Positions 26,612 through 36,475 of a stretch of 36,652 bases of DNA are shown piece by piece. The position numbers and the translations under genes are program-made. Below the pieces are notes generated by a model. That model was given only the letters and a program-made list of their open reading frames with translations, was not told the origin of the DNA and made no database searches. The DNA is from a virus (Duplodnaviria; Caudoviricetes). Within the stretch, counting starts at the first letter, position 1. Each line of letters opens with the position of its first letter. The stretch covers positions 1 through 36,652 of IMG/VR virus record IMGVR_UViG_3300037518_000057, one strand, 5' to 3'.

Positions 26612-27156
26612 ATATCACCTCTCTTAGTTAATGTAACAAAACTCTTACGTCTATCGGCGGCATTATCACATGGTAAATTATGCTTGGTAAGGATTTGTTT
26701 CTGTTCTACCATGGGAAGTTTACAGAGACTAATTGCCTTCTTTTCTGCTGCTGCTTCTTCGTAAGTAATACCCATGCGTTCGGCGTATGACTTGTTTTTG
26801 TGAGCTTCCTTGGACACAAATTTTAAGTCACTTTCCTCCAAGTACAACAATCCCTCCATGAATGATTGCAGATCATTCATTGTTCTTAGTGAGAAGTGAC
26901 CTTTAACGTGATCTACCTCAAGGTCTTTTTGAGCAAACAGTTTACCAGTGATATAACACCTACCTCCCCATACCTCTTTAACCTTACCCCTTGGGTTCGG
27001 ATTGGGGATACGCTCACGATTATTCTTAATAAATTGGAGCTTGACAGGATAACGGCTCCATATCGCTTTACGAATACCACCTCTAATATATGACATGAAA
27101 GCAGCTTCAGTTTTCCATATCTCAGGGTGTTTTTCCCAAGGGAGCTTCTTACTCAT
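26608..27156 (-). CDS. HNH-type endonuclease (possible junction resolvase)
   Basis: FMSYIRGGIRK..WSRYPVK...LEVDHV...HKNKS next to the exonuclease. Confidence 0.8.
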   Translation of the reverse strand: MSKKLPWEKHPEIWKTEAAFMSYIRGGIRKAIWSRYPVKLQFIKNNRERIPNPNPRGKVKEVWGGRCYITGKLFAQKDLEVDHVKGHFSLRTMNDLQSFMEGLLYLEESDLKFVSKEAHKNKSYAERMGITYEEAAAEKKAISLCKLPMVEQKQILTKHNLPCDNAADRRKSFVTLTKRGDI

Positions 27157-27437
27157 AACCACTCAATCTCCCCTTTATGATTTTCCCAATAAGATGATAA
27201 ACCAATACCGATTTCATGTTTATATTCCCAAGCGTAAGGAAATCCTTCAAGACAACCTGCTATAATAAATATCACAGGAGCTACAATCCAGCTCAAAGGA
27301 TTCCACCAATTATGTGTAGCAGATACACAATCACCATCTTTGAAGAAGCGACATATCTTCAATCGGTATATCCAACGTGTGAGCCAGTGTTCGTTGATTT
27401 GATTTAGGTAGTATTCTTTGGTTCTATCTTTTCTCAT
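27153..27437 (-). CDS. Hypothetical membrane protein
   Basis: WWNPLSWIVAPVIFII hydrophobic segment. Confidence 0.7.
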   Translation of the reverse strand: MRKDRTKEYYLNQINEHWLTRWIYRLKICRFFKDGDCVSATHNWWNPLSWIVAPVIFIIAGCLEGFPYAWEYKHEIGIGLSSYWENHKGEIEWL

Positions 27438-28423
27438 TTAAGATTCTCCACAATCTCAATCAAAGGACAAATATCTGTCGTACTCTTCTTCATATAAGCA
27501 AGGTGTAACATCTCAATAAATATATCATTACCAGAAGCGATAATTTCCTCACCAGTATTCCAATGGTTATACTTATACTCCTTACCATACACCTTCATAT
27601 AGCGGTCTGAGATGACTTTAACAGCTTGGGGGAGATAGCTCATAGGTTTACCAGAGAATGGCTCCAGCAGCTTTACAGCCCCGGCGTGACCTAACCCTTT
27701 GCAACCAAAGTAACCGTCACAGTTATCACCAGCGGAAGCCTGTTGTAGTAGGAATAAGTAGCCACAACCTTTAGCTTTCTTTGCAGATTTATCCCATCTA
27801 ATTTCACCAACAATATCACCTTTGGAAAATTGAGCCTTTTCCATTTCATCTGGGATCAGGAACCAAGCGTTCACACAATTACGAATATCCTTGTCAACCG
27901 AGGTTACTAATCCCCGTTCTCCTTTACGTTGAGCAAGCGCCATTGTGATGTCATCAACCTCCACAGAACCAACTCCCTTTTTAATATTAGGATGAGTGAG
28001 AGCATACTTCCGTACAGCTTCAAGATAATGTGGCTTACGGGCATCTGGGGAGCGATTACCTTTATATTGGGCTACAGTTGCTATTTGGTGACGGAAGTTC
28101 TCAGTACCAGAATTCTTTGAAACATATCCCGTCCACTTATCGCACTTAGATTTCTTAATCCATTTGTCTAGGATATGATCAAAGGTTTTATATGCTTTTT
28201 CTACATCATGGATTTCATAAGTAGTTTCTCTGCGGTATTCTTGTTCAATACCTAGCATGACCATTCCTTCCAACCAAGCCTTACCCTTTTCAGCAGAATC
28301 AAAGCCTGCTACTTCATTATCATTTCCATCGTAATAAGTATACTTTACTTGCTCCCCAGCAGAAGCAGCAGAAAATAACACTGCGTCCAAATCTAGGTAG
28401 GCGTGTGTAGGATTCTTAGGCAT
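27434..28423 (-). CDS. 5'-3' exonuclease (T7 gp6/FEN-like)
   Basis: YLDLD, NFR..A...YKGNR, EVDD, SVDKD, GDNCDGYFG. Confidence 0.9.
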   Translation of the reverse strand: MPKNPTHAYLDLDAVLFSAASAGEQVKYTYYDGNDNEVAGFDSAEKGKAWLEGMVMLGIEQEYRRETTYEIHDVEKAYKTFDHILDKWIKKSKCDKWTGYVSKNSGTENFRHQIATVAQYKGNRSPDARKPHYLEAVRKYALTHPNIKKGVGSVEVDDITMALAQRKGERGLVTSVDKDIRNCVNAWFLIPDEMEKAQFSKGDIVGEIRWDKSAKKAKGCGYLFLLQQASAGDNCDGYFGCKGLGHAGAVKLLEPFSGKPMSYLPQAVKVISDRYMKVYGKEYKYNHWNTGEEIIASGNDIFIEMLHLAYMKKSTTDICPLIEIVENLK

Positions 28424-28443
28424 AACTCTCTCCAATTAAACTC

Positions 28444-28473
28444 AAACAAAAACAGGGCGGTGTTTAGCCGCCC
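28444..28473 (-). terminator. Rho-independent terminator after ssb
   Basis: GGGCGG-ctaaaca-CCGCCC then TGTTTTTG. Confidence 0.75.
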
Positions 28474-28492
28474 GAATGGTTAGGAGAGATTA

Positions 28493-29137
28493 TTAAACGT
28501 AATCATCATCATCTTCATCTACATCAAAGGGGATGTCGGAAATGTCTTCCTTGGGTTTAGCCGGAGCACTGGTTGCATCATACGTTACACCCAGAACATC
28601 ATCCTCCACCTCACCAGCGCCACCTTTGTACTCAATAAGCTCAAGAACGTGAACGAGGTCAAGACGCAGATTCCATTCACCATCTTCATTCTTCCAAGCA
28701 AAAGTCTTGATATTAACACGGCTACCATTGCCGATCAAATCATCAATCTTCTCACCTTTCTTATTGACGACTTTAACATGTTGTGGTTTCTTGGCCTTAC
28801 TGAATTCGGGTACAGATACCTTGAAACCAAACAAACCTTCACAATCTGGGTATTTATCAAGAGGGAACTTGATGTTACCACGATTAGCGCCCTTAGTAAT
28901 CTTACCCACATCAACTTCAGAAAAACCTTTATTCACAGGTAGATCAATCAAAGCGTCCTTAGTAGCCTCATCAACAAACAGGGTGATATGATATTCTTTC
29001 TCACCCTCTGGTGCCTTGTGCTTCTGCTGTGATTCATACACCCGAGAGTAGTAAGCAATTGCGTCCATAATATAGATGAAATTAAACTTACCATCTTCCT
29101 TCAATACAACTTTACTTTTTGCTGCTGCCTTACTCAT
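28493..29137 (-). CDS. Single-stranded DNA-binding protein (T7 gp2.5-like)
   Basis: IGNGSRVNI, VHVLELIEY, acidic tail DIPFDVDEDDDDYV. Confidence 0.85.
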   Translation of the reverse strand: MSKAAAKSKVVLKEDGKFNFIYIMDAIAYYSRVYESQQKHKAPEGEKEYHITLFVDEATKDALIDLPVNKGFSEVDVGKITKGANRGNIKFPLDKYPDCEGLFGFKVSVPEFSKAKKPQHVKVVNKKGEKIDDLIGNGSRVNIKTFAWKNEDGEWNLRLDLVHVLELIEYKGGAGEVEDDVLGVTYDATSAPAKPKEDISDIPFDVDEDDDDYV

Positions 29138-29237
29138 ATTCACTTTCCTCACAATGATCAATGGTTATTGAGCTTTCACTCTCTTTGCCTAGACCCTCTC
29201 TAGGACTTTCTTCTGCTGAACTCCCGAGTATTAATCG

Positions 29238-29768
29238 TTAGTTCTTTGAAGGCTTGCTCCTATTAAGCATATGATTAATAGATTGTTCTTCTGCGTCCTC
29301 TCGATTAGTAATATCACCCATATTTACTGCACCAAGTGCACCCTTCATAATCTCCCGCCAAGCTGCGTCATCTAAGTTATTACGCTTAATCTTCTGGCGA
29401 CCAGTGGAAACATAAGTGTCTACGACTACTTCAAACGCATTGTTACGCAGAATCTCAATGTTACCATTAGGCTTACGGATATCAATAGCCAATACGTCTT
29501 CAGTAGGCACACGAACATTCTCTGTGATCATGCTGTTCTTCACACGGCTATAGAGATATACACCAGATACAATATTAGTGTCATAATTGAGCACACCTGT
29601 AGCTGTGAAGGTTCTACCATTAGCGTAGTAGAAGGTTAGCTTTGTGTGATTTGGCTTCAATTTAACCACACCATTTGTCATCTTCATATCCTGTTGCCAG
29701 TCGTATACATCTTGAACAAGTTTGCTCTTACCACATTGTCGTGGCCAGTGTAAGTAAAACTCGTCCAT
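29238..29768 (-). CDS. Hypothetical protein
   Basis: AAGGAG RBS, 176 aa. Confidence 0.7.
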   Translation of the reverse strand: MDEFYLHWPRQCGKSKLVQDVYDWQQDMKMTNGVVKLKPNHTKLTFYYANGRTFTATGVLNYDTNIVSGVYLYSRVKNSMITENVRVPTEDVLAIDIRKPNGNIEILRNNAFEVVVDTYVSTGRQKIKRNNLDDAAWREIMKGALGAVNMGDITNREDAEEQSINHMLNRSKPSKN

Positions 29769-29771
29769 ATA

Positions 29772-30026
29772 TTACTCCTTAATAATCTGTAGGCATAGAT
29801 CAAACAAGTCTTCAGCCCTAGTGCGTTCTTCGTCGAGATTACGGTCGAATGCAATTTTCGCAATTTTACGTGTATCTTTAGTTTCGACACCAAACTTGTC
29901 TTTTTGCTGAGATGCAATTTCTGTGATCAAATCTTGCTGAGACTTAATGTGAGTCATAGCGATAGTAATCTCTTCAATAGCTCCAGAAAACTTCTTGAGT
30001 TCGGCTGAGTTCAAGTTATAGCTCAT
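29772..30026 (-). CDS. T4 DsbA/GapR-like dsDNA-binding protein
   Basis: AIEEI...I...QDLITEI....KDKFGV...RKIAKI...N..EE pattern. Confidence 0.7.
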   Translation of the reverse strand: MSYNLNSAELKKFSGAIEEITIAMTHIKSQQDLITEIASQQKDKFGVETKDTRKIAKIAFDRNLDEERTRAEDLFDLCLQIIKE

Positions 30027-30062
30027 GTAAAACCTCCGTGGTGATGTAATGTTAAGAGTGAT

Positions 30063-30091
30063 ATTGTCTCAGATATTGTTGGGTTTGTCAA
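30063..30091 (-). promoter_or_regulatory. sigma70-type promoter
   Basis: TTGACA-N17-GACAAT overlapping polymerase stop. Confidence 0.65.
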
Positions 30092-32325
30092 CCCTCTGAT
30101 AACGGTTTTACTAACTTTTCTGCTTCTTGAACATAATAATTGTAGTCAATATCCCAATCAAAGGATTTAATATCATTACAAGTTTTAACCCTCCAACCAG
30201 TATTGATACTAATTCTACGCTCTTCTTTCGGAAGCAATATATCACCAACACTCTCAGTGAACCCTTGTTTCTTGGCTCGATTCTCCTCAGTCTTATTCTT
30301 GCATACTATCTCCTCGCCCGTTTCGGGATTCTTTAGTCCTATTCCATATACGTCTTTATCCAGAGGGGGCATAATCTTAGTAAGATACTTACCCTCCTTA
30401 GCAATATAGTAGCGGCATATATTCTGCTCAGGCGTGTCATTGTCCTCATCATCTACAGCTACCAATCTGGAGCTGCGAGGCACTTTAGCACAAAGCATGA
30501 AATCATACTTGTCCTTATGATTATGGATAAAGTGCTCAATATCACCACCTCTAACCAAGGCATACTCTGCTGCTTTTTGAATCACCAGTGATGAATGACC
30601 CTTGTGCCACATTCCTTCTGCGCTAACACCACCCATCGACTTAGTACCTTTAACCTTTTTATATTCCTCTGGTTGCAGATAATACTCATAAGCACCTTTG
30701 TTTTTCAAAGTATCATCAATAAAGTGACCGATATAGTTGTTGCAATCCCTTATATATATTGCTTTGTAATAGGCGTACTCCATTACTAGACCAGTAGTGT
30801 TCTCCCACTCCGTCACGATTGACACAAACCGTTCACGATCAGCTCTCTTTACTTTCACGGTTGTACCATCAGTATTATTTTGCAGGATCATCAACCCATC
30901 AATAGTCAGTAACTTCTCACACAACATTGACAGACTAAGTTGACCAGCAAGCGTGATCGTCATGGTTGCTTTAGGATCATATAGAGGACTATATTCATTA
31001 TTGGTATCACCAAACGACCCATTGGCGGCCAGTTTCAATGCTTTATTCAGAGCACTACCTTTAGCATACTTATCTCGCTCGGTTAGAATATCACCATAAA
31101 CCTCCGTAAAAGTATCACCTAAGTGCTCTGGTTTAACTTTATTAACGATAAAAAGTGACGGATACATCGCCTTCGCGTCAACGTCGATAATTTCATATTC
31201 GTCATCTTCTCTAATTGTTTGACTATCCACACTACTGTGAAGTCCACCCACTCCGTAATCATAACGTAACCCATCTACAACAAGATTAAGGTTCTCCGCA
31301 ATACGCCAGCAGAAGTAATGAGCGGGTTTCTTTGACGATTTCAACTCGCGTTCTTCATACCAACCTAACGGGTGTTCTTTCTTTAGCTGCTCAACTTGCT
31401 TCTCAATATTACTATCTTTCAGCTTTTTCTGCTTAGTAATCATACAGGCATACTTTGCCACATCACCTAGATTATGTTCTTCAATATAACTGAACACGCC
31501 TTTGGTTTCTGTAATCTCTTGTTTCTTTAACCAATCTAATACAGCATTGAACTCTGGTCTATCAAACTTGACGTAATCGACAATACACTCTTCCAGCTTA
31601 ATTGAATCACGCTTGGTCTGGTTAATCTTACGCCCACCATGGGGTAACTTCCTATAGCAGCTACCGGGGCTTTCCTCTTCCAGACGACTGATAAACAAAT
31701 CCTTACCAATTTTAGTATCATTAAAATTAAGTAGGTTCTTATTGTATTGTTTACCCAAATTCTCACGAAACTCAATAGCCTCTCTATTGTGATTATAGAA
31801 AGCAACAGTAGCCATAACGTCATGCACGTTATAATCAATCAGTACATCCTTCTGCTCATCCGTAAGCTCTGTCCCAACAAGGAACGGTAGATCGGACACA
31901 TCATCCATACGCATGTTGAATTCAATCATCTTCAATGACGTGCTTCTTGCCCTGTTGTCATAGTGATTTATCTTATACAAATCAATCTGAGGAATAATAA
32001 TATCCTTCGCCTTAACTTGTCCAGCAAACTTATCCTCATCTTGAGCATCAATCAGTGACATAGCTTTATCGTAGATTGCTTTATATCCTACACCCTTATT
32101 GAATAGAATAAAATGTAGCACACTGTAATCGAAGGACAAATTGTTAAACCCAACATGCCGATTCTTCGCCTTATACTCATCCCGCATAAACTTACGCAGA
32201 GCTTTCTCATCATTACGACGATCACTAATCTCGAACACCCGCACATCCTTTGTGCGAGTGTTGGCGAATACTGCGCTGAAACAGTTCGGAAATGTTTCCA
32301 GATCGTACACGACATCATCTGGCAT
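30088..32325 (-). CDS. Family B DNA polymerase
   Basis: ExoI YDLE, ExoII FNNLSFD, ExoIII YNVHD; DVDAKAMYPS, KLAANGSFG, NTDG. Confidence 0.93.
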   Translation of the reverse strand: MPDDVVYDLETFPNCFSAVFANTRTKDVRVFEISDRRNDEKALRKFMRDEYKAKNRHVGFNNLSFDYSVLHFILFNKGVGYKAIYDKAMSLIDAQDEDKFAGQVKAKDIIIPQIDLYKINHYDNRARSTSLKMIEFNMRMDDVSDLPFLVGTELTDEQKDVLIDYNVHDVMATVAFYNHNREAIEFRENLGKQYNKNLLNFNDTKIGKDLFISRLEEESPGSCYRKLPHGGRKINQTKRDSIKLEECIVDYVKFDRPEFNAVLDWLKKQEITETKGVFSYIEEHNLGDVAKYACMITKQKKLKDSNIEKQVEQLKKEHPLGWYEERELKSSKKPAHYFCWRIAENLNLVVDGLRYDYGVGGLHSSVDSQTIREDDEYEIIDVDAKAMYPSLFIVNKVKPEHLGDTFTEVYGDILTERDKYAKGSALNKALKLAANGSFGDTNNEYSPLYDPKATMTITLAGQLSLSMLCEKLLTIDGLMILQNNTDGTTVKVKRADRERFVSIVTEWENTTGLVMEYAYYKAIYIRDCNNYIGHFIDDTLKNKGAYEYYLQPEEYKKVKGTKSMGGVSAEGMWHKGHSSLVIQKAAEYALVRGGDIEHFIHNHKDKYDFMLCAKVPRSSRLVAVDDEDNDTPEQNICRYYIAKEGKYLTKIMPPLDKDVYGIGLKNPETGEEIVCKNKTEENRAKKQGFTESVGDILLPKEERRISINTGWRVKTCNDIKSFDWDIDYNYYVQEAEKLVKPLSEG

Positions 32326-32327
32326 AA

Positions 32328-34193
32328 TTAAACTTCCTCAGTGGTAGGGCGCTGGATATTCCAACCTTTCTTTTCAGCTACAATATCTACGCCCATTTCT
32401 TCAGCAATTTCACCGAACAATTCTTTATCCAAATCAACCTCATTCTCATACGGGTCAAATGTCTGATACAAACGAGTGGTGGTGTCATCATAACGCAGCC
32501 AACCCGCTGGGCCTGTTTCTGAATAACGTCTGTTCTTAACACACTTCAGTTGTGTGGAGTTACGTTGGTTAATATCCTTAGCCATCTTATCACGGCTTGC
32601 TAGAATGGTGGTGAATGACACTTGATTTATTGCTGAGGAACCTAAGAGGTCATATTCTGTACAGGCGTGAGGATCATCGCTGTCTGGTTTACGCATGTGT
32701 GACACCAGTAGAACAGCAATATTAGCCTCTTTAGCTAGTTTCAGAATAGAGTCCATAAACTCAATTACAGCAGTATTATCACTACTATTAACCGCCTGCT
32801 GAATAGGGTCAATAACAATCATATCACATTGTTCAGCCTTCGCCAAATACCGCAACTTGTTAAAGATTTCGTCATTACTCAGAGAACCTTGATGGTCAAT
32901 GAATACGAAGTTATCTTTCTCGGCAAGACGACCAAAGAACTGGTTGCGCAGATAGGTCATATCCAGCTTGTCTTTAGTTTGCTTGCGTAAGTTAGTATCC
33001 AGCTCCAGTGACAACAAATCCCGTACTACTTCTTTCTGAGTAGCCTCAAGGTACAACGCACCGACCTTAAACTCTGTCTGTGAGATGATATGGTGTACAA
33101 TATTCGAGATGATGCAACTCTTCCCGATTGACGTGTAAGCCCCAAATGTCACAACTTCCCCTCTGGCGATTCCACCACCAAGCATCTCATTCAACTTACC
33201 AAAAGAAGGAGGGAAAGGGATAAGCTCATCGTCGGTACTATTAGCAAAGGCGTCCCACATCTGCGACAACTTATAAACACCAACTGGTGAATATCGCTCT
33301 GCTTTCCAGAATACATCAATCAAATCTTTCTCTTTACCATTACGCACGTAATCATTCGGGTCTTTGAATCCAGTGTCATTAATTTTACAAATGAACGCCT
33401 GTCCCGGCTTGAGAATACGGGCAACTTCGTCAGCAGCCTTACGTCCAGTATCGTCGTTATCGAGCATGATGATAACTTTCTCGAACGAGGATACGTAATC
33501 ATAGTTAGCTTTAACTTGAGCAGCAGTATTCGGCTCACCATTGGTTGCAGACACAACGGGGGTTTTATAGCTGGTGCGCTCAAGGTTGGCTTGGGAGAAT
33601 GACATTACGTCCTCTTCTCCACCAACGATTACAAGGAATTTACCACCAGCAGCAAACTTAGTCTGACCAAAAAGCTGTGACTCTTTAGTTTTGTTTTTAC
33701 CTAGCGTAAAGAATCCCGGCTTATCCGTAGACTCACCTTTACTCTTAGCTTCTTTTGCTAGTACATCACGCACATGGAAACCAGTGATTTCATCATTCTC
33801 TGTGACCGGATAGTACCTGTACAACGGATTATTATCGTCATCTACTCTAGTGTGTACGCCAAAGAACTCACAAGTGCTTTTCTTGATACGACGATCCTTC
33901 CAGCCAATCATCGGTAGACTCTGGATGGATTCTAATTCTTCGATACTCAATTTATTACCCCCTGATTTTTTATTGATAACACCTCTCGTGTCATACCCCT
34001 CTACTTCCTCTGGATTCAAATAACCACAGGTGCTATAACAAAAACCATCCACATATTTATTACCATCCTCATCTTCTTTTTCGTATAAGGCAAGTGGGTC
34101 GCTACCATGACACTTCGGACAACTCATCCCACTAGCTACAAGTACACCTTCAACCAGCTCACGTTTCGGCTTACGCACTAATATCCTCCTCAC
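32328..34193 (-). CDS. T7 gp4-like primase-helicase
   Basis: CPKC..CYSTC Zn finger, TOPRIM GGEED and LDND, Walker A GAYTSIGKS, IVID, LVSH, KNR. Confidence 0.93.
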   Translation of the reverse strand: MRRILVRKPKRELVEGVLVASGMSCPKCHGSDPLALYEKEDEDGNKYVDGFCYSTCGYLNPEEVEGYDTRGVINKKSGGNKLSIEELESIQSLPMIGWKDRRIKKSTCEFFGVHTRVDDDNNPLYRYYPVTENDEITGFHVRDVLAKEAKSKGESTDKPGFFTLGKNKTKESQLFGQTKFAAGGKFLVIVGGEEDVMSFSQANLERTSYKTPVVSATNGEPNTAAQVKANYDYVSSFEKVIIMLDNDDTGRKAADEVARILKPGQAFICKINDTGFKDPNDYVRNGKEKDLIDVFWKAERYSPVGVYKLSQMWDAFANSTDDELIPFPPSFGKLNEMLGGGIARGEVVTFGAYTSIGKSCIISNIVHHIISQTEFKVGALYLEATQKEVVRDLLSLELDTNLRKQTKDKLDMTYLRNQFFGRLAEKDNFVFIDHQGSLSNDEIFNKLRYLAKAEQCDMIVIDPIQQAVNSSDNTAVIEFMDSILKLAKEANIAVLLVSHMRKPDSDDPHACTEYDLLGSSAINQVSFTTILASRDKMAKDINQRNSTQLKCVKNRRYSETGPAGWLRYDDTTTRLYQTFDPYENEVDLDKELFGEIAEEMGVDIVAEKKGWNIQRPTTEEV

Positions 34194-34431
34194 AATTATC
34201 TTTGTACCAATGTTCTATCATCTCTTTGGTAACAATCTCGCACTCAATAAGACGATCAATAACATCAGAGAATGTGCAATCATGCAGCAACCCATCCTCT
34301 ACTAGAGGTATGATCAGATTCCTGATCTCATTGAATGAGCAAGAGTCTTCAACGATTTTAGCGCCGTGTGTTTCGGCAATTACCGTAAAGAAGTTTTCCC
34401 AGATACTATATCGCTTTACTGTAATGTTCAT
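34171..34431 (-). CDS. Hypothetical protein
   Basis: AGGAGG RBS. Confidence 0.7.
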   Translation of the reverse strand: MNITVKRYSIWENFFTVIAETHGAKIVEDSCSFNEIRNLIIPLVEDGLLHDCTFSDVIDRLIECEIVTKEMIEHWYKDNCEEDISA

Positions 34432-34434
34432 ATA

Positions 34435-34653
34435 TCAATCCTCCTCGCCCATTAACCCTTTGAAATACTCATAACACAATGTATTAAAATCAGTATCATC
34501 CAGCCCCCACTCTTGCGCTATATATTGATAACTGGGAGGAAGGTCCTCAAACAATTGCATCAATATCTCTTTAGAATAAGATTGCCCTGTCACCTCGAAC
34601 ACTGTGTCATGGAAACGAAACCAATTATCACCTTCAATTAGTTTATCCCACAT
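34435..34653 (-). CDS. Acidic hypothetical protein flanked by 17-bp direct repeats
   Basis: LFEDLP...AQEWGLDDT.F motif; AGGAGG RBS. Confidence 0.75.
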   Translation of the reverse strand: MWDKLIEGDNWFRFHDTVFEVTGQSYSKEILMQLFEDLPPSYQYIAQEWGLDDTDFNTLCYEYFKGLMGEED

Positions 34654-34665
34654 ATATCAATCCTC

Positions 34666-35046
34666 CTACCATTTACCCTCAATAAACAAATCACCATGAC
34701 TACATGGACTAATCATAGTCTGGCAATACTCATTCCAATTCTTTCTCAAAGTATCTCTACTGTATTCCGCTGTACACCCTGTGCGACTATACACAGACAG
34801 AATGCTTTCAGCAACTACTGCAAAGTGATTGTACATGCTTCCACCACAACCACAGGCTGTACTTAATCCATTATTGAATCTCCACACTTTGGGTTTGAAG
34901 TTACAGCAAGGACATTTCATCCAGTGTTCATCTTCAGACACATCCTCATAAGCATCAATACACACATAACCATGGTTGACCTTATGACCATGGTTGTATT
35001 TAACTGTGTACTCACCGAACTCTGACTTTACCTTAGACTCTATCAT
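34666..35046 (-). CDS. Cys-rich hypothetical protein
   Basis: WMKCPCC..PKVWRFNNG..TACGC...LRKNWN. Confidence 0.75.
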   Translation of the reverse strand: MIESKVKSEFGEYTVKYNHGHKVNHGYVCIDAYEDVSEDEHWMKCPCCNFKPKVWRFNNGLSTACGCGGSMYNHFAVVAESILSVYSRTGCTAEYSRDTLRKNWNEYCQTMISPCSHGDLFIEGKW

Positions 35047-35371
35047 ATCTCGCCTCCTGTCTACTCAGCCAACTCGCATCATACCACAGGTGATAAGCAT
35101 TAGGTATAACTTGAGGATAATCCTCCCGCCTCAATGTATATAGTGTCCCAGCTTTCAATGAAGCCTCATCTATTAGATATTTATGGATATGATTAATACT
35201 GTTATATTCACTGAGCAATCTCTTAGCCAATGCGTCATACACAGAATCATCTACGAGAGATGAAAGCTGTATGTAATAGGCGTAGCTGAGTATCAGATAT
35301 AGATTTACGCAAGAGGATATTGGTATATCATTTATGGATATTATACCTAGAGTTGGGTGATTGAATGTCAT
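35033..35371 (-). CDS. Stand-alone NAD-dependent ligase domain Ia-like protein
   Basis: SYAYYIQLSSLVDDSVYDALAKRL matches LigA Ia YY..d...isD.eYD motif; no adenylation domain. Confidence 0.75.
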   Translation of the reverse strand: MTFNHPTLGIISINDIPISSCVNLYLILSYAYYIQLSSLVDDSVYDALAKRLLSEYNSINHIHKYLIDEASLKAGTLYTLRREDYPQVIPNAYHLWYDASWLSRQEARYDRV

Positions 35372-35601
35372 CCCTCATCAATCCACTGAAACAACTCTTT
35401 AGCCTTATTGAGCGCCAGAATCAAATTATCCACATCTTCCATATCAACCAGCGCCAATTCATTATGATCATTACCTACCAGCATAATATGATTCTCAAAC
35501 TCATCTGATTTTGCTATGATATACGCTTGTTCGTCCTCGTGACCATCTGCAAATTTAATCTCTGTTATTTCTACTAAACCTTGTGTGCGAATATCAAACA
35601 T
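35368..35601 (-). CDS. Acidic hypothetical protein
   Basis: DVDNLILALNKAKEL phage motif; GAGGAG RBS. Confidence 0.75.
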   Translation of the reverse strand: MFDIRTQGLVEITEIKFADGHEDEQAYIIAKSDEFENHIMLVGNDHNELALVDMEDVDNLILALNKAKELFQWIDEG

Positions 35602-35808
35602 GTCTATTTCTCCTCTAAAAATAATGATTGATTAAAACGATTGCTGTACCTACAGCAAAGCATAATGATCCCGCAAAGTAAAACCAATACGGCAGCATGG
35701 TATTAACCTTCAATAATTACAACAGGAATTTCACTTCCATCCAACACTCTCGGACAAACGGGATAATCCGCGTCATTTATTCCTACCCCGCAAACTAACT
35801 TGTTCTTC

Positions 35809-36012
35809 TTATAAACACTGGCCACCTTTCTCCTCCTGCTTACTATTAATAGATTCTTCTATATCATCTATACTCAGATGGTGCGTGATAAAAGGTGTAT
35901 TGGGTATAATGCCGTGCTCAGCATCTTTATAGATAACTTTATAAGATACACCTTTACCTACTTTGTGTCTGCATAAATATGTACCCGTTTTATGAGGTAG
36001 ACCTTTGTTCAT
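35809..36012 (-). CDS. Hypothetical protein
   Basis: LPHKTGTYLC pattern; GGAGG RBS. Confidence 0.65.
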   Translation of the reverse strand: MNKGLPHKTGTYLCRHKVGKGVSYKVIYKDAEHGIIPNTPFITHHLSIDDIEESINSKQEEKGGQCL

Positions 36013-36014
36013 AA

Positions 36015-36191
36015 TCAATCCTCCCGAGAATCTTCGCGCATCTCACGCTTCAAGTCATCCAGTTCAATATACAGTGTATCGAGATCATCTTCAAGCTGTT
36101 TAATCTCTCGCTGAGTTAAGCCGCCAGATTCTAGTTCATATTCTACTTTATTGATGTCGACTAGGATTTTGTTGATTCTTGAAAAGCTCAT
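36015..36191 (-). CDS. 58-aa coiled-coil hypothetical protein
   Basis: MSFSRINKILVDINKVEYELES...DSRED; AAGGAG RBS. Confidence 0.65.
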   Translation of the reverse strand: MSFSRINKILVDINKVEYELESGGLTQREIKQLEDDLDTLYIELDDLKREMREDSRED

Positions 36192-36203
36192 AGTGGTTCT
36201 CCT

Positions 36204-36449
36204 TTATTTTACAAAAACGTACTTACCCGATAATCCGTGATTCTTACCTCGCATTCTACTGGCGTGTGCCATAGGACTACACCACCCCGTCTTGTCTAAC
36301 ATTCGGAACATATCCCTAAATGCGTAACCTACATCGCACCTATATTCCACCTTACTTTCAGACACAATACTACTATCATCAATCTTTAAGACTTGACAGT
36401 GCCACCAACCACCGATGTAAGTAGTCCTTGTTTTCAGAATCTCTTTCAT
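36204..36449 (-). CDS. Conserved phage hypothetical protein
   Basis: WHCQV...RCDVGYAFRDMFRMLDK.G..S.MAHASR. Confidence 0.75.
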   Translation of the reverse strand: MKEILKTRTTYIGGWWHCQVLKIDDSSIVSESKVEYRCDVGYAFRDMFRMLDKTGWCSPMAHASRMRGKNHGLSGKYVFVK

Positions 36450-36475
36450 ATCATACACCTCCTATATTTGACAGT

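Noticed and set aside
26608-27156. HNH gene as a mobile homing endonuclease
   Set aside because: Position and motifs fit the conserved exonuclease-linked nuclease; no intron or insertion signs
539-34474. Plus-strand ORFs from the ORF track
   Set aside because: Antisense to convincing minus-strand genes, with no recognisable motifs
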